Positions 12,823 to 25,879 of a DNA stretch of 64,000 nucleotides are shown in pieces. Every line of letters starts with the position of its first letter. Positions within the stretch are counted from its first letter, which is position 1. Both the position numbers and the translations under genes were made by a program. Under the pieces are notes generated by a model that had not been told where the DNA came from, made no database searches, and was given only the letters and a program-made list of their open reading frames with translations. Source of the DNA: Okamejei kenojei (taxonomy: Eukaryota); the NCBI GenBank assembly GCA_035221665.1, contig CM069141.1, positions 42,036,001-42,100,000 of the forward strand, given 5' to 3'.

Positions 12823-15773
12823 TAATGGGAAATAGAATTCAGGAGAGTGGGAGAGTGGACCAGAGTGTTGAGAAGGGAACGATGTTCAAAATGCTGAAAG
12901 GCAAAGGGAGGGAATGTGTGATTGGTGGTGGAATTTTGTTGGAACTAGTGAAAATTGCATAGGATGATCTGTTGAGTGCACAAATTGGTGGGGCCAAATG
13001 CGAAGACTAGGGATGATCTGTTCTTTCCAAAATCATTATTCCATGGCTACATTACTCCAGCATATTACTGACATTCCAATTCCCCTTGTTCCACTCATTT
13101 CTCTCCCCAACCTTCTCTGCGGCAAAGGCAAACTTGCTTTCTCTTTCTCAGTTCTGATAAAGGGACTTCAAAACAGTTGTTTTTGCAAAGTTCAGCACTG
13201 ACAGTGGGTTCCCTGCAGCTTCGTGGGATAGGTATTTCAGTCAATATATTCAGCTGATCTTTGATGTGCTATGTTTATGCCATCTTGTGGACGTTGAAGG
13301 AACAGTAGCCACCCGGTGTACAGAGTCTACTGGCTGAAGGTACAGTGGGCTTGATGCTGTTCTTATTTAGACTGATGAAGGATGGACCTGAGTTATACAA
13401 AGTGGCAGAACGCTGGTGAATTAACCTTAGATGCTTTACTTGAACTCTAGAGGTTGTAGTTACCCATGCTAAAGTTGCAGCAAGTAAGCTCATTTTCCCA
13501 GTTTATATGTTGTGGAAGGTGCTCATTTTCTCGATAATAAGATGGTGACATAAAGTACTCATGAAATGGTCAAGAGAAGCAAAGGGAGACAAGGAAGGAT
13601 TTTCAAAACACATTGTAGTTACTCACAGTTGAGTACAATTTCTCCATGTACCAGCAAAGACATTAGAAATGCATAACTTCAACCACAAAAATAGCCAAAA
13701 ATGACAGAGTGGTTATAATTTTCATCATTACGCTACACAGGGAGGTGATCAGGAGCATGATGTGGGTACAGTAGGAAGTACAGTACAGTAGAAAGAGTAG
13801 TCGCTAGATCGCACTGGCAGTTTTATAGCCTTGGTGCACCATGATAACCTGAGAGCAGAAATACACCAGTGGCACTATGACATTGTGAGTGTGACAACTA
13901 GATTCAAACAGCTGCTTGAAGCAATATGGCTGAAGAGCTCTATCGATCTGATGGGGGAATAGTTTCTCTTGTACCCATTTTCCAGATCCAGTCTGAACAG
14001 TATGGGGAAAACCATTCATACTCACAGACTAGCACAGCACAGAATGCTTCTAAAAATAAACCTTCAAAACCAACTGAGTGCCATAAATAATACAACAGAA
14101 ATACAAACTCAATCGCATAAAAAATTACAGGAATTTTTAATGATATTAATCACCACAAATTGTAATGTATTCTGTGTCTTACATGGTTTTAACCATGTAT
14201 TGTAACTTCTGGCAATACTCTCACTCCACAGGCGGTTAATTCAATTTGCAGTACACCTGCAAGCTGTCTTTAATAGTAAATGCTACTTCTTTTTTAGCTT
14301 TTGATTATTTAGGAGATAACTCACACCGACAACTATTCAGGGTGTTCTATGTATAAGCTCTTCAAAAGTTGCTCCATGTGTCTAAGCCCACTTTACCTAT
14401 AAACTAAAAATAATAACCATGACATTTTGAGTGCCACAAATTTCTTTATCAATTGTCCTTCCCGCCATATATAGGCATGTTTGTTCTGCAAACATTAGCA
14501 CAACAAAGATGCTTTGATTGAGAAAAGTTTGAGTTTATCAACACACTAAAAGTGCGAGAAGTTAATGAGTACTTCTATACATTTTTTTATATTTACACTT
14601 GCAAATGTCTGCTGAAGCCAGCCTCGGTTACATCGGAGCCATCATATTAGTTATGCAATGACCTGTTACTTTGGGTACACTGTCGCATAGCAGAAATCCA
14701 GAAGAAAAGTTCATGTTTACACAAACATATTTAGAATTTATTTCCTAGTTATGAGCCATCATTTGAAAGGTTCAGGCTGACATGGGTTCAGCATTTAGAA
14801 ATAAGTATTTTCAGTAAACACATATGACCAATCTTCAGTTCACTAACGCAATGCCTTTTGATTGGGACAGCAGCCAGTACATGGAGTCTCTCTTGCAATC
14901 CATGCTGTTCTTATTCACAAAAGTGAAGTTTGAGCCTGAGTGATACAAAGATGCCAGAACACTGGTGAATGACCTTTGATGTTTTGCTTGATTGGTTGCT
15001 GTGCGTGGTGTGATGATGAGAAAGCATTGAACTATTACAGAATGAATGAAACACTTTTACGATGAAAGATGTTCATTTTCTGTTTGTTTACCTATGAATC
15101 AGAAACAAAAATATTAATGATCTTCGATTGCACTCTCTGACTGAAGTTCGATACATAAACAAATTAAAGTGGAATGCAGAAAATCAAAAAACTCCTTCCA
15201 TGTAAATTGCATATTGAAATGTGTAGAACTGGACACTCAGTACTCCCCAGAAATGAATGTTGGTGACAAAATTAATGAACCAAAGGAAAAGCTACGGTTA
15301 TTATTAGAGGATAGATGCTGGAGATGTTGGATGGATCCACGAGGTGAAGAGGTAGCTCCTTCAGATTCCCCAACATCATATGTATATTAGCAGGAGTGAT
15401 AGGGAGGTGGAGGGTAGTGGGATGGGAAGAGAAATGCTTTGATTCAGCTCGTCACTGACTGTTTTCCGAATTCCATATTGTCATGTTTCAGAACTCTGTC
15501 TCCACCACTTTAATTAACATTCACCACTTTCTTATCTCTTCCATTCTGAGAGTTTTGATCTAATTATTGTTTTTGTCAGCTTCCACAGGGACTCTTTCCA
15601 TTAGAGCCTTCTAGTAAGATTTTGGGTCAGGAAAGTTATAATTATCTCCTGGGGGATTGTAAATTATCAGGAGGAAACATTCTGGAATGAGGTTCTATGA
15701 TTTTGAGCATCTTCATGCTTGATCCTAATGTAGTTACTGGGCTGAAGACCCAGGAAAATTCAAGATACAGTAA

Positions 15774-15961
15774 TTATTTGACAGTCACTTTGCAATGGAA
15801 GACAAAATTTCTCAGTTGAAAACAATGCTCTGCTGAAATCTCCTCTTCTGACAAATCAGCTACGGATGCAATGGTCAGAATTGAATTTAAATAAAACCAT
15901 CTTTGGTTCTCCCCATTCTCTGCGATTCTTTCATTCCTCTTCCATCTTTCTGCCTCCAGGA
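15774..15961 (-). CDS. Candidate cytoplasmic/last exon of the TIM gene (FLEAERWKRNERIAENGENQ..., 62 aa)
   Basis: Acceptor gttctcag|TC, open in phase 1 to TAA at 15776-15774; minus-strand AATAAA at 14737-14742. The acceptor is weak, and an equally open alternative exists at 16524-16633. Confidence 0.27.
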
Positions 15962-17330
15962 CTGAGAACTATATAATTATGACAACCATTTTGATCTTCA
16001 TGATGAAAGAGTTGAAACAAGAGGTTCTCTGTGTGAGAGCATGTAAATAGAATCCTTCAAATGGGAATATATTTGTGGATACAAACGCCTTTGGTCAAGT
16101 TAATTCATGATTTATGAAGTTTACACTGATTGTTCAAGCTTTACTTCAACCCAGCAGAGAAAATATTGGAATTTATGACTGCAGCTCCCGCATTCACCAT
16201 TTCAGAAATAAATTAATCAAATCGAATAGATACAACTCAGCACAACTGGCATATTTACCAGGTTCACACCCTCTACCTGAGAACCTCACCAATGTTGCAG
16301 GATTTGTCTTCTTAGTTAGTTACTTTAAATGTAGTAAGTAATTCTGTATGACCTCCCTTCTCATGGACAACGTAATTTAATACGAATCACAGTGCTTACA
16401 AAAAAATGTCATCCATCTCCATTTGTCCTCAGGTAAGATGGTTTGTCATGGACACTCAACTCTGACCAGTAAGAATCGTCCACCATTTCACAAAAATGGG
16501 AACATGAGGGGTCACGTCATCTTTCAAGCATGTTTCACCAAATTTATATCATAACCCGAAGCATAAAATGTTCCCAATATTGATTTGGATTTTTCAGTAA
16601 CCGAAACATCTTCATGAATTCCAATATTAATACCTGAAAATTCCGAACTTCTATTAGACTTTCCATGTGGAAGTAATTCCTATATTCTATTCTGAAAGAT
16701 CCAGTTTCAGTTTTAGCAATGCCATTTAACCCTAAACTCCCAATTCAGTAGAAAATATTTATTTCAATATCCATCAATTTACGTTAACACCATGAAAACA
16801 TTTGTGCAGGGTCTTAGAATTGCTAAAATTACATAAACTTTCACTTAGAAATAGTTTCTTCCCACATTTAATCCAATATCATGTCCTTCTCCCCAATTTA
16901 TCTTGCCTCATTAACTTGCCAACCTCTATTACATACCTGTTCTCCATGTCTTTAAAATCATTTCTGCACCCCATCCCTGACCTCTCCTCATTGTAACCCC
17001 GCATCATCCTCGAGCTCTGCCTCCTAGCATTAGTCTTTCATTCTTCTAACTCTCCTTATGTGCTGTCATCCCTCATCTCCACCATCAAAGGCAGGGGCCT
17101 TTGGCCAATATAGCTCCAGCCTTATGGATGCTTTGAAATCCCCATCTATTTGGTTACATCTTTCCTATTTCTTCAAAATATGTATTAAAATAAATTTTAA
17201 TTGCTATTCATTCTCCTCCCCTGCATTAACTTGCACTCAGGGTCACATGTTCCAAGTTAACAATAAGTTGCTCAAGTATCTCAACAAAGTGTTTTGAGTA
17301 AAATGCAGGTTCCTAGACAGTGACACTTAC

Positions 17331-17439
17331 ATTTCCATTGACAAAGGAGCAGAGTGATTGCAAGAAAACAGATGAAAACTGAGACACGGGCTGCCCAGGC
17401 AAGATACGAAATCAGGATGTTTACCAACTCATTGGGAAC
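17331..17439 (-). CDS. TIM transmembrane exon (VPNELVNILISYLAWAARVSVFICFLAITLLLCQWK)
   Basis: Acceptor tatctatttcag|GTT, donor AAAT|GTAAGT. 109 nt, phase 0 to 1, hydrophobic helix followed by WK. Confidence 0.8.
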
Positions 17440-17519
17440 CTGAAATAGATACACAAAATTAGAGAACAAGATTTTTTCACTATTTTAAATCTAAAATGCA
17501 TGAACCACAACCATTGACC

Positions 17520-18160
17520 ATTACAAGGTCATAAGGCCATTCTGCCCCTGAAGTCTACTACACCAATCAATTATGACTGAATCATAAGTCTCCCTCTGAA
17601 CCCTATTCTCCTGCCTTCTCCCCATAACTTCTGACATCTGTACTAATCAAAAATGTATCTGCCTTAAAACTATCCACTGACTTGGCCTCCACAGTCTTCT
17701 GTGGCAAAGAATTCCACAGATTCACCACCCTTTGGCAAAATTAATTTATTCTAATCTCCTTCCTAAAAGAACATCCTTTAATTCTGTGGCTATGACCTCT
17801 AGTCCTAGACTCTCCCACTCAATGGAAACATCCTCTCCACATCCACTCTATTGAAGCCTTTCACTATTCTCTATGTTTCAATGAGGTCACCCCTCATTCT
17901 TCTAAACTCCAGCGAGTACAGGCCCAGTGCTGACAAACAGTCATCATAGATTAACCTATTCATTCCTGGGATCATTCTCATAAACCTCCTCTGGACCCTC
18001 TCCAGAGCCAGCACATCCTTCCTCAGATATGGTGCCCAACATTACTCACAATATTCTAAATGTGTCTTTGCAAATAAAGCCTCAGCATTACATCCCTGTT
18101 TTTGTATACACGTCCTCTTGAAATAAATGCTAGCATTGAGTTTGCTTTCTTTACTACGAA
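17520..18160 (-). mobile_element. CR1 LINE 3' fragment
   Basis: Reverse-complement similarity to 28300-28900. Confidence 0.8.
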
Positions 18161-19860
18161 TTATTGTAAGTAAAGTGCAATTGGAACCAAACAAACTGAT
18201 TCAAGTGTACTTGCATAACAGAAGAACATAACAATAAGAGCAGTCCCTCAAGTCATCTCTGGTGTTCAATAAGACCATGACTGACTGAGCTGTAGCCACA
18301 ACTCTTCCCTCTCTGTGTGATGCTCACTGGCTAATCCACCATCCTTTCATTTCATTTGAGTCTATTGTTCTTCCTAGAGCAAGCTTGAAAGTATTCAAAG
18401 ACCCAGGCTCCAAGATTTTCTGCAGTAGAAATCTAGTCTTAAATCTTCTGAAACTACAGTTCTTGGATCCAATATCTTCCCCAGGGTGAACTACTGTTGT
18501 CATGTACCCTGTTAGACTCCCTCAGATCAACTTTAATTCTTCTGAACTCCAGTGAATACAGGCCCTATGTGTTCAATCGTTCCTGTTTCAGGTGAGCGAG
18601 CCTTTACTGAACCAGGCATGAACAACACTTTCATTTGAGTTGGCAATTGCCTGAAATTGCTTATTAGCAGAGGTAACTCTGAATTGACTGCTAAGGTAAG
18701 GCATGTGGAAATTATGATGAGGTTACCTAATTCTCATTTTCAATTTGTGCTGTGAATGTTTGCCAAATGATAGAATATATGATATAGGACAGTACAGCCT
18801 GCGAACAGGCCCTTCAGCTCACAATATCGATGACAATTATGGTGCCAAGTTAAATTCCTCTGCCTGCATGTGATCTGTATCCCTCCATTCCTTGCATATC
18901 CATGTGCCCATCCAAAATCTTCTCAAACGTCACTATTTTAGCAGCTTCCACCACCACACCTGGCAACCTCTTCCATGCGCTCACCACTCTCCATGTAAAA
19001 GAATTGTCCCGCACATCTCCTTTAAACTTTCCCCTTCAGAAGTTTAAACAACGGTCCCTTTTCTCTGACATTTCTACCTTGGGGAAAAGGATCCAACTGC
19101 TATCCCATCTATGACCCTCTTAATGTTATATACTCTATCAGGTCCCAGAGAAGACCCAGAGGTCCTAGATAAACAATCCGAGTTTGTCTAACCTCTCCTT
19201 ATAGCTAATATTTAATAGCTGGAGCTAAAATGTTTTCTGACAATGTAATGGGACACTTGTTCAAACACATTCCGAGAAGATCATACATCTAGTATTTGGA
19301 GGAAAGTTGGAGGTAGTGGGAACCCTCGGACAAGCACTGCTTTCAACACCTCCAGTTTCCACATACCAGCAGCTTTTCAACCATGCAGTCATGTCCTCCA
19401 AAACATAATGCACAACATTTAGTGAAACACATCCCTCAGGATTAGAGAAGGTGGCACAGAATGGTAGCAGTCTCGGGAAAGTACTGGAGAAAGACATTCT
19501 CCTGCATGGCTAAAGGCCCTGCACAAAATCAGTATGGTTCATGATGAGACGGGGCATCACTGAGCATATACGGTTGGGTTGGAGGGATCAATGATGAAAG
19601 TACTTAGACATTTAATCACACTTGGTTCTTCCCACTTCTCCCTCAATGCATAATTTCCTCTGACACACAAGCTGTAGATGATGTGAATCCACACTTCTCA
19701 CACTGTCCCAGCTCAGCACATAACCCATAACTTAATCCCATATTCATTTTGAACATTCAGAGCCCAACCTAGAACCTGCTGAGCTGGAGCAGACCACAGT
19801 GAAAATGAGCAATAATATCGTAATAAAAAGGAAATTAATAATAAAAAAGAAATTGCTCAC

Positions 19861-19934
19861 AGGTGAAAGAGGAGTTGAATCAAAATCTCTCAGTGTAGTC
19901 GAGGGTGAGGTAATATAAGGTGTAAGTTTCATAT
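19861..19934 (-). CDS. TIM stalk/mucin-like exon B (DMKLTPYITSPSTTLRDFDSTPLSP)
   Basis: Acceptor ttgtttctttcag|, donor CCT|GTGAGC. 74 nt, S/T/P-rich. Phase 1 in matches the IgV donor and phase 0 out matches the TM exon; the other two frames are closed. Confidence 0.75.
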
Positions 19935-20713
19935 CTGAAAGAAACAACAATACCGTATTTGGTGTAAAGGCAGTTTAATCAACATTGCAAAGCAATCTGT
20001 TAATATTTCCACCCATTGATTTTCCAACAATCCCCAAGATATCAGGTTTTCTGGGCTCCTTAATATTGTAGTCAGACGAATATGGATTTGAGGTCTTGGA
20101 TTCATTCTTATCATACATCTGGAGTTCAGTTCTTTTGCCAACTCTTGAAGCAACACTTCAATGAGGCCACAAGAGTGAATGAGTCAAGTGTTGGTAAAAA
20201 TACAATAAAGCACTGGTGAGCACCGTGTTATTTGACAGCATTGTCCACCACTAGACTGAAGACTCAGGGCAGACTATGTATATATGAGGGTGAAAGAGAA
20301 ATGACGCTGTCTTTGTGAACAGGACATACTTGGGAAACTTTCTGCATTAATGGGTCTTCCTTTTATTTTAAAATATGTACTTCCCAAAGAGATGATTCAA
20401 TTGAAGATGCCATGAACTGGAATGAACTGAATTAGAATGAAATGGATGACAGGCGAGAGTGCCATTGTAGGGAACTACAGCAATAGAGAACGTTGGTAGG
20501 ACTACATCTTGAGAAAAAAGGAGACTGCAGAAAGTGTTGGACTATGCCCAGTCCCTCACAGGTATTGACCTTCCCACCCATGAAGGTATTTATTGGAGAC
20601 CCAGCCTCACGAAGGCAGTAAATATCATCAAACACCACATGGCCATGCTCTTGTCGCTGCTTTCATCAGGAAGTAAGTACAGGAGCCTGAGAAGCAGTAC
20701 ATCTAAATTCAAG

Positions 20714-22089
20714 GTAGACAAAAATGTTGGAGAAACTCAGTGGTTGAGGCAGCATCTATGGAGTGAAGGACTAGGCAACGTTTCGGGTCGAAACCCTTCT
20801 TCAGACTGATGTGTGGGTGGGGGGGGGGGGGGGCAGGAAGAAGAAAGGAAGAGGGGAGCCAGTAGGCTGAGGGAGAGATGAGAAGGGGAGGAGAAAGTAA
20901 GGACTACCTGAAATTAGAGAAGTCAATGTTCATACCGCTGGGGTGCAAACTGCCCAAGCGAAATATGAGGTGCTGCTCCTCCAATTTATGGTGGTCCTCA
21001 CTCTGGCCATGGAGGAGGCCCAGGACAGAAAGCTCGGATTCGGAATGGGAGGGGGAGTTGAAGTGTTGAGCCACAGGGAGATCAGGTTGGTTATTGCGAA
21101 CCGAGCGGAGGTGTTAGGTGAAGCGATCACCAAGCCTACGTTTGGTCTCACCGATGTAGAGCAGCTGACATCTAGAGCAGCGGATGCAATAGATGAGTTT
21201 GAAGGAGGTGCAGGTGAACCTCTGCCACACCTGGAAAGACTGCTTGGGTCCTTGAATGGAGTCAAGGGGGGAGGTAAAGCGACAAGTGTAGCATTTCTTG
21301 CGGTTGCAAGGGAAAGTGCCCGGAGAGTGGGTGGTTCGGGTGGGAAGGGACGAATAGACCAGGTAGTTACGGAGTTAGCGGTCTGTGCGGAAAGCAGACA
21401 TGGGAAGAGATGGGAAGATGTGGCGAGTGGTGGGGTCACGTTGGAGATGGCGAAAATGATGGAGGATTATTTGTTGTACCTGACGGCTGGTTGGGTGGAA
21501 GATGAGGACAAGGGGGACTCTGCCGTTGTTACGAGTGGGGGGATGGGGAGTGAGAGCAGAGTCAAGGGATATAGAAGAGACCCTGGTGAGAGCCTCATCT
21601 ATAGTAGAAGAGGGGAACCCCCGTTCCCTGAAGAATGAGGACATCTCCGATGCCCTGGTGTGGAACACCTCATCCTGGATGCAGATGCGGCGTAGACGGT
21701 GGAATTGGGAGTAGGGGATAGAGTCCTTACAGGAAGCAGTGTGGGAAGAAGTGTAGTACAGATAGCCATGGGAGTCAGTGGGTTTATAGTGGATGTCGGT
21801 CAGTAGTCTATCACCTGCAATGGAGATAATGAGGTCAAGAAATGGTAGGGAAATGTCAGAAATGGTCCAGGTGTATTTGAGTGCCGTATGGAAGTTAGTG
21901 GTGAAATGGATGAACTCAGTGAGTTGTGTGCGGGTGCAGGTAGCACCAATGCAGTGGTCGATGTAGCGGAGGTAGAGTTCGGGAATAGGGCCACGGTACG
22001 TCTCGAACAAGGATTGTTCGACGTACCCTACAAAGAGGCAGGCATAGCTAGGGCACATGTGCATGCCCATAGCTACGCCTTGTATTTGG
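20714..22089 (-). mobile_element. Penelope-like element, 5'-truncated (RT C-half, GIY-YIG endonuclease, terminal repeat)
   Basis: ORF 21375-22109 GVAMG..PSYACLFVGYVE..YLRYID..LPFLDL..YKPTD. Flanked by aattcaag at 20706-20713 and 22090-22097 inside a decayed Rex-type LINE. Confidence 0.92.
20777..20804 (-). ncRNA. Minimal hammerhead ribozyme core, sense to TIM pre-mRNA
   Basis: Minus strand reads CUGAAGA-A-GGGUUUCGACCC-GAAAC-GUU. Confidence 0.5.
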
Positions 22090-22727
22090 AATTCAAGCTC
22101 CTTACACAACCACCAAGGTCTAATCCCTGCACGTTCCTGACCACAACCCTACCTCAGCATTGGACTACAATGGGCTTTGCGCTGCAAAGGTTGCACTTGA
22201 TACTTTGGTTTGAATTATCATGGTGTGATTTATCTGGAATAACTGCTAACTTATTAAATAGTTATTTGTTGCGTTGTATTTAGTGTGCTTGTAAAGCAGC
22301 AGTAAATAACAATTTCATTGTTCCAGTACCAATACATATGACAATTAAACGCTCTTGACTCTTGAGTACATTTGGCTTTGGTCTTTCTTTTCTGAAAAAA
22401 TATACTTGCCATTCAAATGGTGCAATAAAGAATAACTAAACTTATTTCCAAAATTAAGTCATAAGAAATTGCTGATGCTAGAGGGAAATGGACACCTAAA
22501 GAAGGGTCTCCACCCAAAACTGAAGAATGGTCCTGACCCCAAATCTCACCTGTTCATTCCCCTTCCCAGATGCTGCCCGATGAGCTGCTAAACAACTGAT
22601 TTTTTGCTGTGGGGTTTTCATGATGACAGATTTGCCATACAAGGAGAGGTTGAGTGGATTAAACCTGTAAATTTAAGAATTGGGGATCATGACAGAAACC
22701 TCCTTGTGGTGATCCCTGGAAATGGAG

Positions 22728-22975
22728 TCGAGGAAACACTTTTTCTCACAGAGAGTTGTGAGTCCGTGGAATTCTCTGCCTCAGAGGGCGGTGGAGGCCG
22801 GTTCTCTGGATACTTTCAAGAGAGAGCTCGATAGGGCTTTTAAAGATAGCGGAGTCAGGGGATGTGGGGAGAAGGCAGGAATGGGGTACTGATTGGGGAT
22901 GGTCAGCCGTGATCACATTGAGTGGCGGTGCTGGCATGAAGGGCGAATGGCCTACTCCTGCACCTATTATCTATT
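22728..22975 (+). mobile_element. CR1 LINE 3' end
   Basis: 3'UTR ending cctactcctgcacctattatctattg. Confidence 0.85.
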
Positions 22976-23294
22976 GACTCGCCACTTCTAGGGTACCATG
23001 AACTCACTGTTCTGCAACGCTCTCCAAGGCTCTATAATTCACTGTGTAAGTCCTGCCCAAGCTTGAAATATCAAAGACCAATACCTGACACTTATCAGAT
23101 TTAAATTCCATTTTCCATTACCTGGTCCATCTACCTAAGTGATCTAGATCCTGTTGTAAAATTGGGTATCCTTCCTAACTGTAAGACTATCAATTTTGGT
23201 GTCATCTGCAAATTTACTTACAACATTAACTACGTTGTTATCCAAATCAATAATGTAAATAACAAACAGCAGTGGACCCTGCACCGACTCTTGT

Positions 23295-25603
23295 TTTGCG
23301 TGGCCCCTTGGGCAAGAGTGACCATAATATGGTTGAGTTCTTCATTCGGATGGAGAGTGACATTATTAAGTCAGAAACAAAAGTTCTGAACTTAAACAAA
23401 GGTAACTTTGAAGACATGAATTGGCCACGATAGACTGGCAAGTGATTCTTAAAGGGTTGACAGTGGATGTGCAATGGAAGGTATTTAAAGACTGCATGGA
23501 TGAACTACAACAATTGTCAATCCCAGTTTGGCAAAAGAATAAATCAGGGAAGGTAGTGCATCCATGGATAACAAGGGAAATCAGGGATAGTATCAAAACA
23601 AAAGATGAAGCATACAAATTAGCCAGAAAAAGCAGCCTACCAGAGGACTGGGAGAAATTCAGAGTCCAGCAGAGGAGGACAAAGGGCTTAATTAGGAAAG
23701 GGAAAATAGATTATGAAAGAAAACTGGCAGGGAACATAAAAACTGACTGCAAAAGTTTTTATAGATATGTGAAGAGAAAGAGATTAGTAAAAACAAATGT
23801 AGGTCCCTTGCAGTCAGAAACAGGTGAATTGATCATGGGGAACAAGGACATGGCAGATTAATTGAATAACTACTTTGGTTCTGTCTTCACTAAGGAAGAC
23901 ATAAATAATCTGCCGGAAATAGCAGGGGACCGGGGGTCAAATGAGATGGAGGAACTGAGTGAAATTCAGATTAGCCGGAAAGTGGTGTTGGGTAAATTGA
24001 ATGGATTAAAGGCCGATAAATCCCCAGGGCCAGATAGTCTGCATCCCAGAGTACTCAAGGAAGTAGTCACAGAAATAGTGGATGCATTAGTGATAATTTT
24101 TCAAAACTCCTTAGATTCTGGAGTAGTTCCTGAGGATTGAAGGGTAGCTAATGTAACCCCACTTTTTAAAAAAGGAGGGAGAGAGAAAACGGGGAATTAC
24201 AGACCAGTTAGTCTAACATCGGTAGTGGGGAAACTGCTAGAGTCAGTTATTAAAGATGGGATAGCAGCACATTTGGAAAGTGGTGACATCATTGGACAAA
24301 GTCAGCATGGATTTACGAAAGGTAAATCATGTCTGACGAATCTTATAGAGTTTTTCGAGGATGTAACTAGTAGAGTGGATAAGGGAGAACCAGTGGATGT
24401 GTTATATCTAGACTTTCAGAAGGCTTTCGACAAGGTCCCACATAAGAGATTAGTATACAAACTTAAAGCACACAGTATTGGGGGTTCAGTATTGATGTGG
24501 ATAGAGAACTAGCTGGCAGACAGGAAGCAAAGGGTAGGAGTAAATGGGTCCTTTTCAGAATGGCAGGCAGTGACTAGTGGGGTACCGCAAGGCTCAGTGC
24601 TGGGACCCCAGCTATTTACAATATATATTAATGATTTGGACGAGGGAATTGAATGCAACATCTCCAAGTTTGCGGATGACACTAAGCTGGGGGGTAGTGT
24701 TAGGTGTGAGGAGGATGCTAGGAGGCTGCAAGGTAACTTGGATAGGTTGGGTGAGTGGGCAAATGCATGGCAGATGCAGTATAATGTGGATAAATGAGGT
24801 TATCCACTTTGGTGGCAAAAACAGGAGGGTGGACTATTATCTGAATGGTGGCAAATTAGGAAAAGGGGAGATGCAACGAGACCTGGGTGTCATGGTACAC
24901 CAATCATTGAAAGTAGGCGTGCAGGTGCAGCAGGCAGTGAAGAAAGTAAATGGTATGTTAGCATTCATAACGAAAGGATTTGAGTATAGGAGCAGGGAAG
25001 TTCTACTGCAGTTGTACAGGGTTTTGGTGAGACCACACCTGGAGTATTGCGTACAGTTTTGGTCTCCAAATCTGAGAAAAGACATTCTTGCCATAGAGGG
25101 GGTACAGAGAAGGTTCACCAGACTGATTCCTGGGATGTCAGGACTTTCATATGAGGAAAGACTGGATAGACTTGGCTTGTACTCGCTAGAATTTAGAAGA
25201 CTGAGGGGGGATCTTATAGAAACTTACAAAATTCTTAAGGGGTTGGATAGGCTAGATGCAGGAAGATTGTTCCGATGTTGGGGAGGTCCAGAACAAGGGG
25301 TCACAGTCTAAGGATAAGGGGGAATTCCTTTAGGACCGAGATGAGGAAAACATTTTTCACACAGAGAGTGGTGAGTCTCTGGAATTCTCTGCCACAGAAG
25401 GTAGTTGAGGCCAGTTCATTGGCTATATTTAAGAGGGAGTTAGATGTGGCCCTTGTGGCTAAAGGGATCAGGGGGTATGGAGAGAAGGCAGGTACAGGAT
25501 ACCGAGTTAGATGATCAGCCATGATCATATTGAATGGCGGTGCAGGCTCGAAGGGCCGAATGACCTACTCCTGCACCTATTTTCCATGTTTCTATGTTTT
25601 TAT
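23295..25603 (+). mobile_element. CR1 LINE, 5'-truncated, nested in an older minus-strand CR1 (about 22980-25845)
   Basis: RT motifs [33 protein letters not shown] and FADDTKL across ORFs 23421-25514. (tttctatg)n tail. TSD gactcttgt 23286-23294 / gactcctgt 25604-25612. Confidence 0.95.
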
Positions 25604-25879
25604 GACTCCTGTGGTATTCCATTGATTACAAAAAATCTAATCAGGAAACAACCCTCCACAACTACACTTTGACACCTTCCTCCAAGCCTATTTTCAATCC
25701 AATTGGCAAGCTCACCTTGAATTCCAGTCACTGTAACCTTCCAGGCTACCATGCAAGACAGTCAAAGGCCTTGTTAAAGTTCATGTAGACTATGTCCACT
25801 CCTCTGCCCTCATCGTCCTCTAGGTGATCTCTTCAAAAAGACTATTGGTTTTGTGAGACAAATTTGTGAGGCAGCAGTA

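Noticed and set aside
16524-16633. Alternative last exon (CINIGIHEDV..FYASGYDINLVKHA) with two tyrosines
   Set aside because: Open in the right phase, but the acceptor is weak and no homology was recognised. It cannot be preferred over 15774-15961 without RNA data.
19261-19497. Additional TIM stalk exon
   Set aside because: The best acceptor read in the required phase 0 reaches a stop after 13 codons.
20943-21638. 231-aa plus-strand ORF
   Set aside because: Antisense shadow of the Penelope ORF; the same pattern occurs at 90-326, 46692-47421 and 50197-50765.
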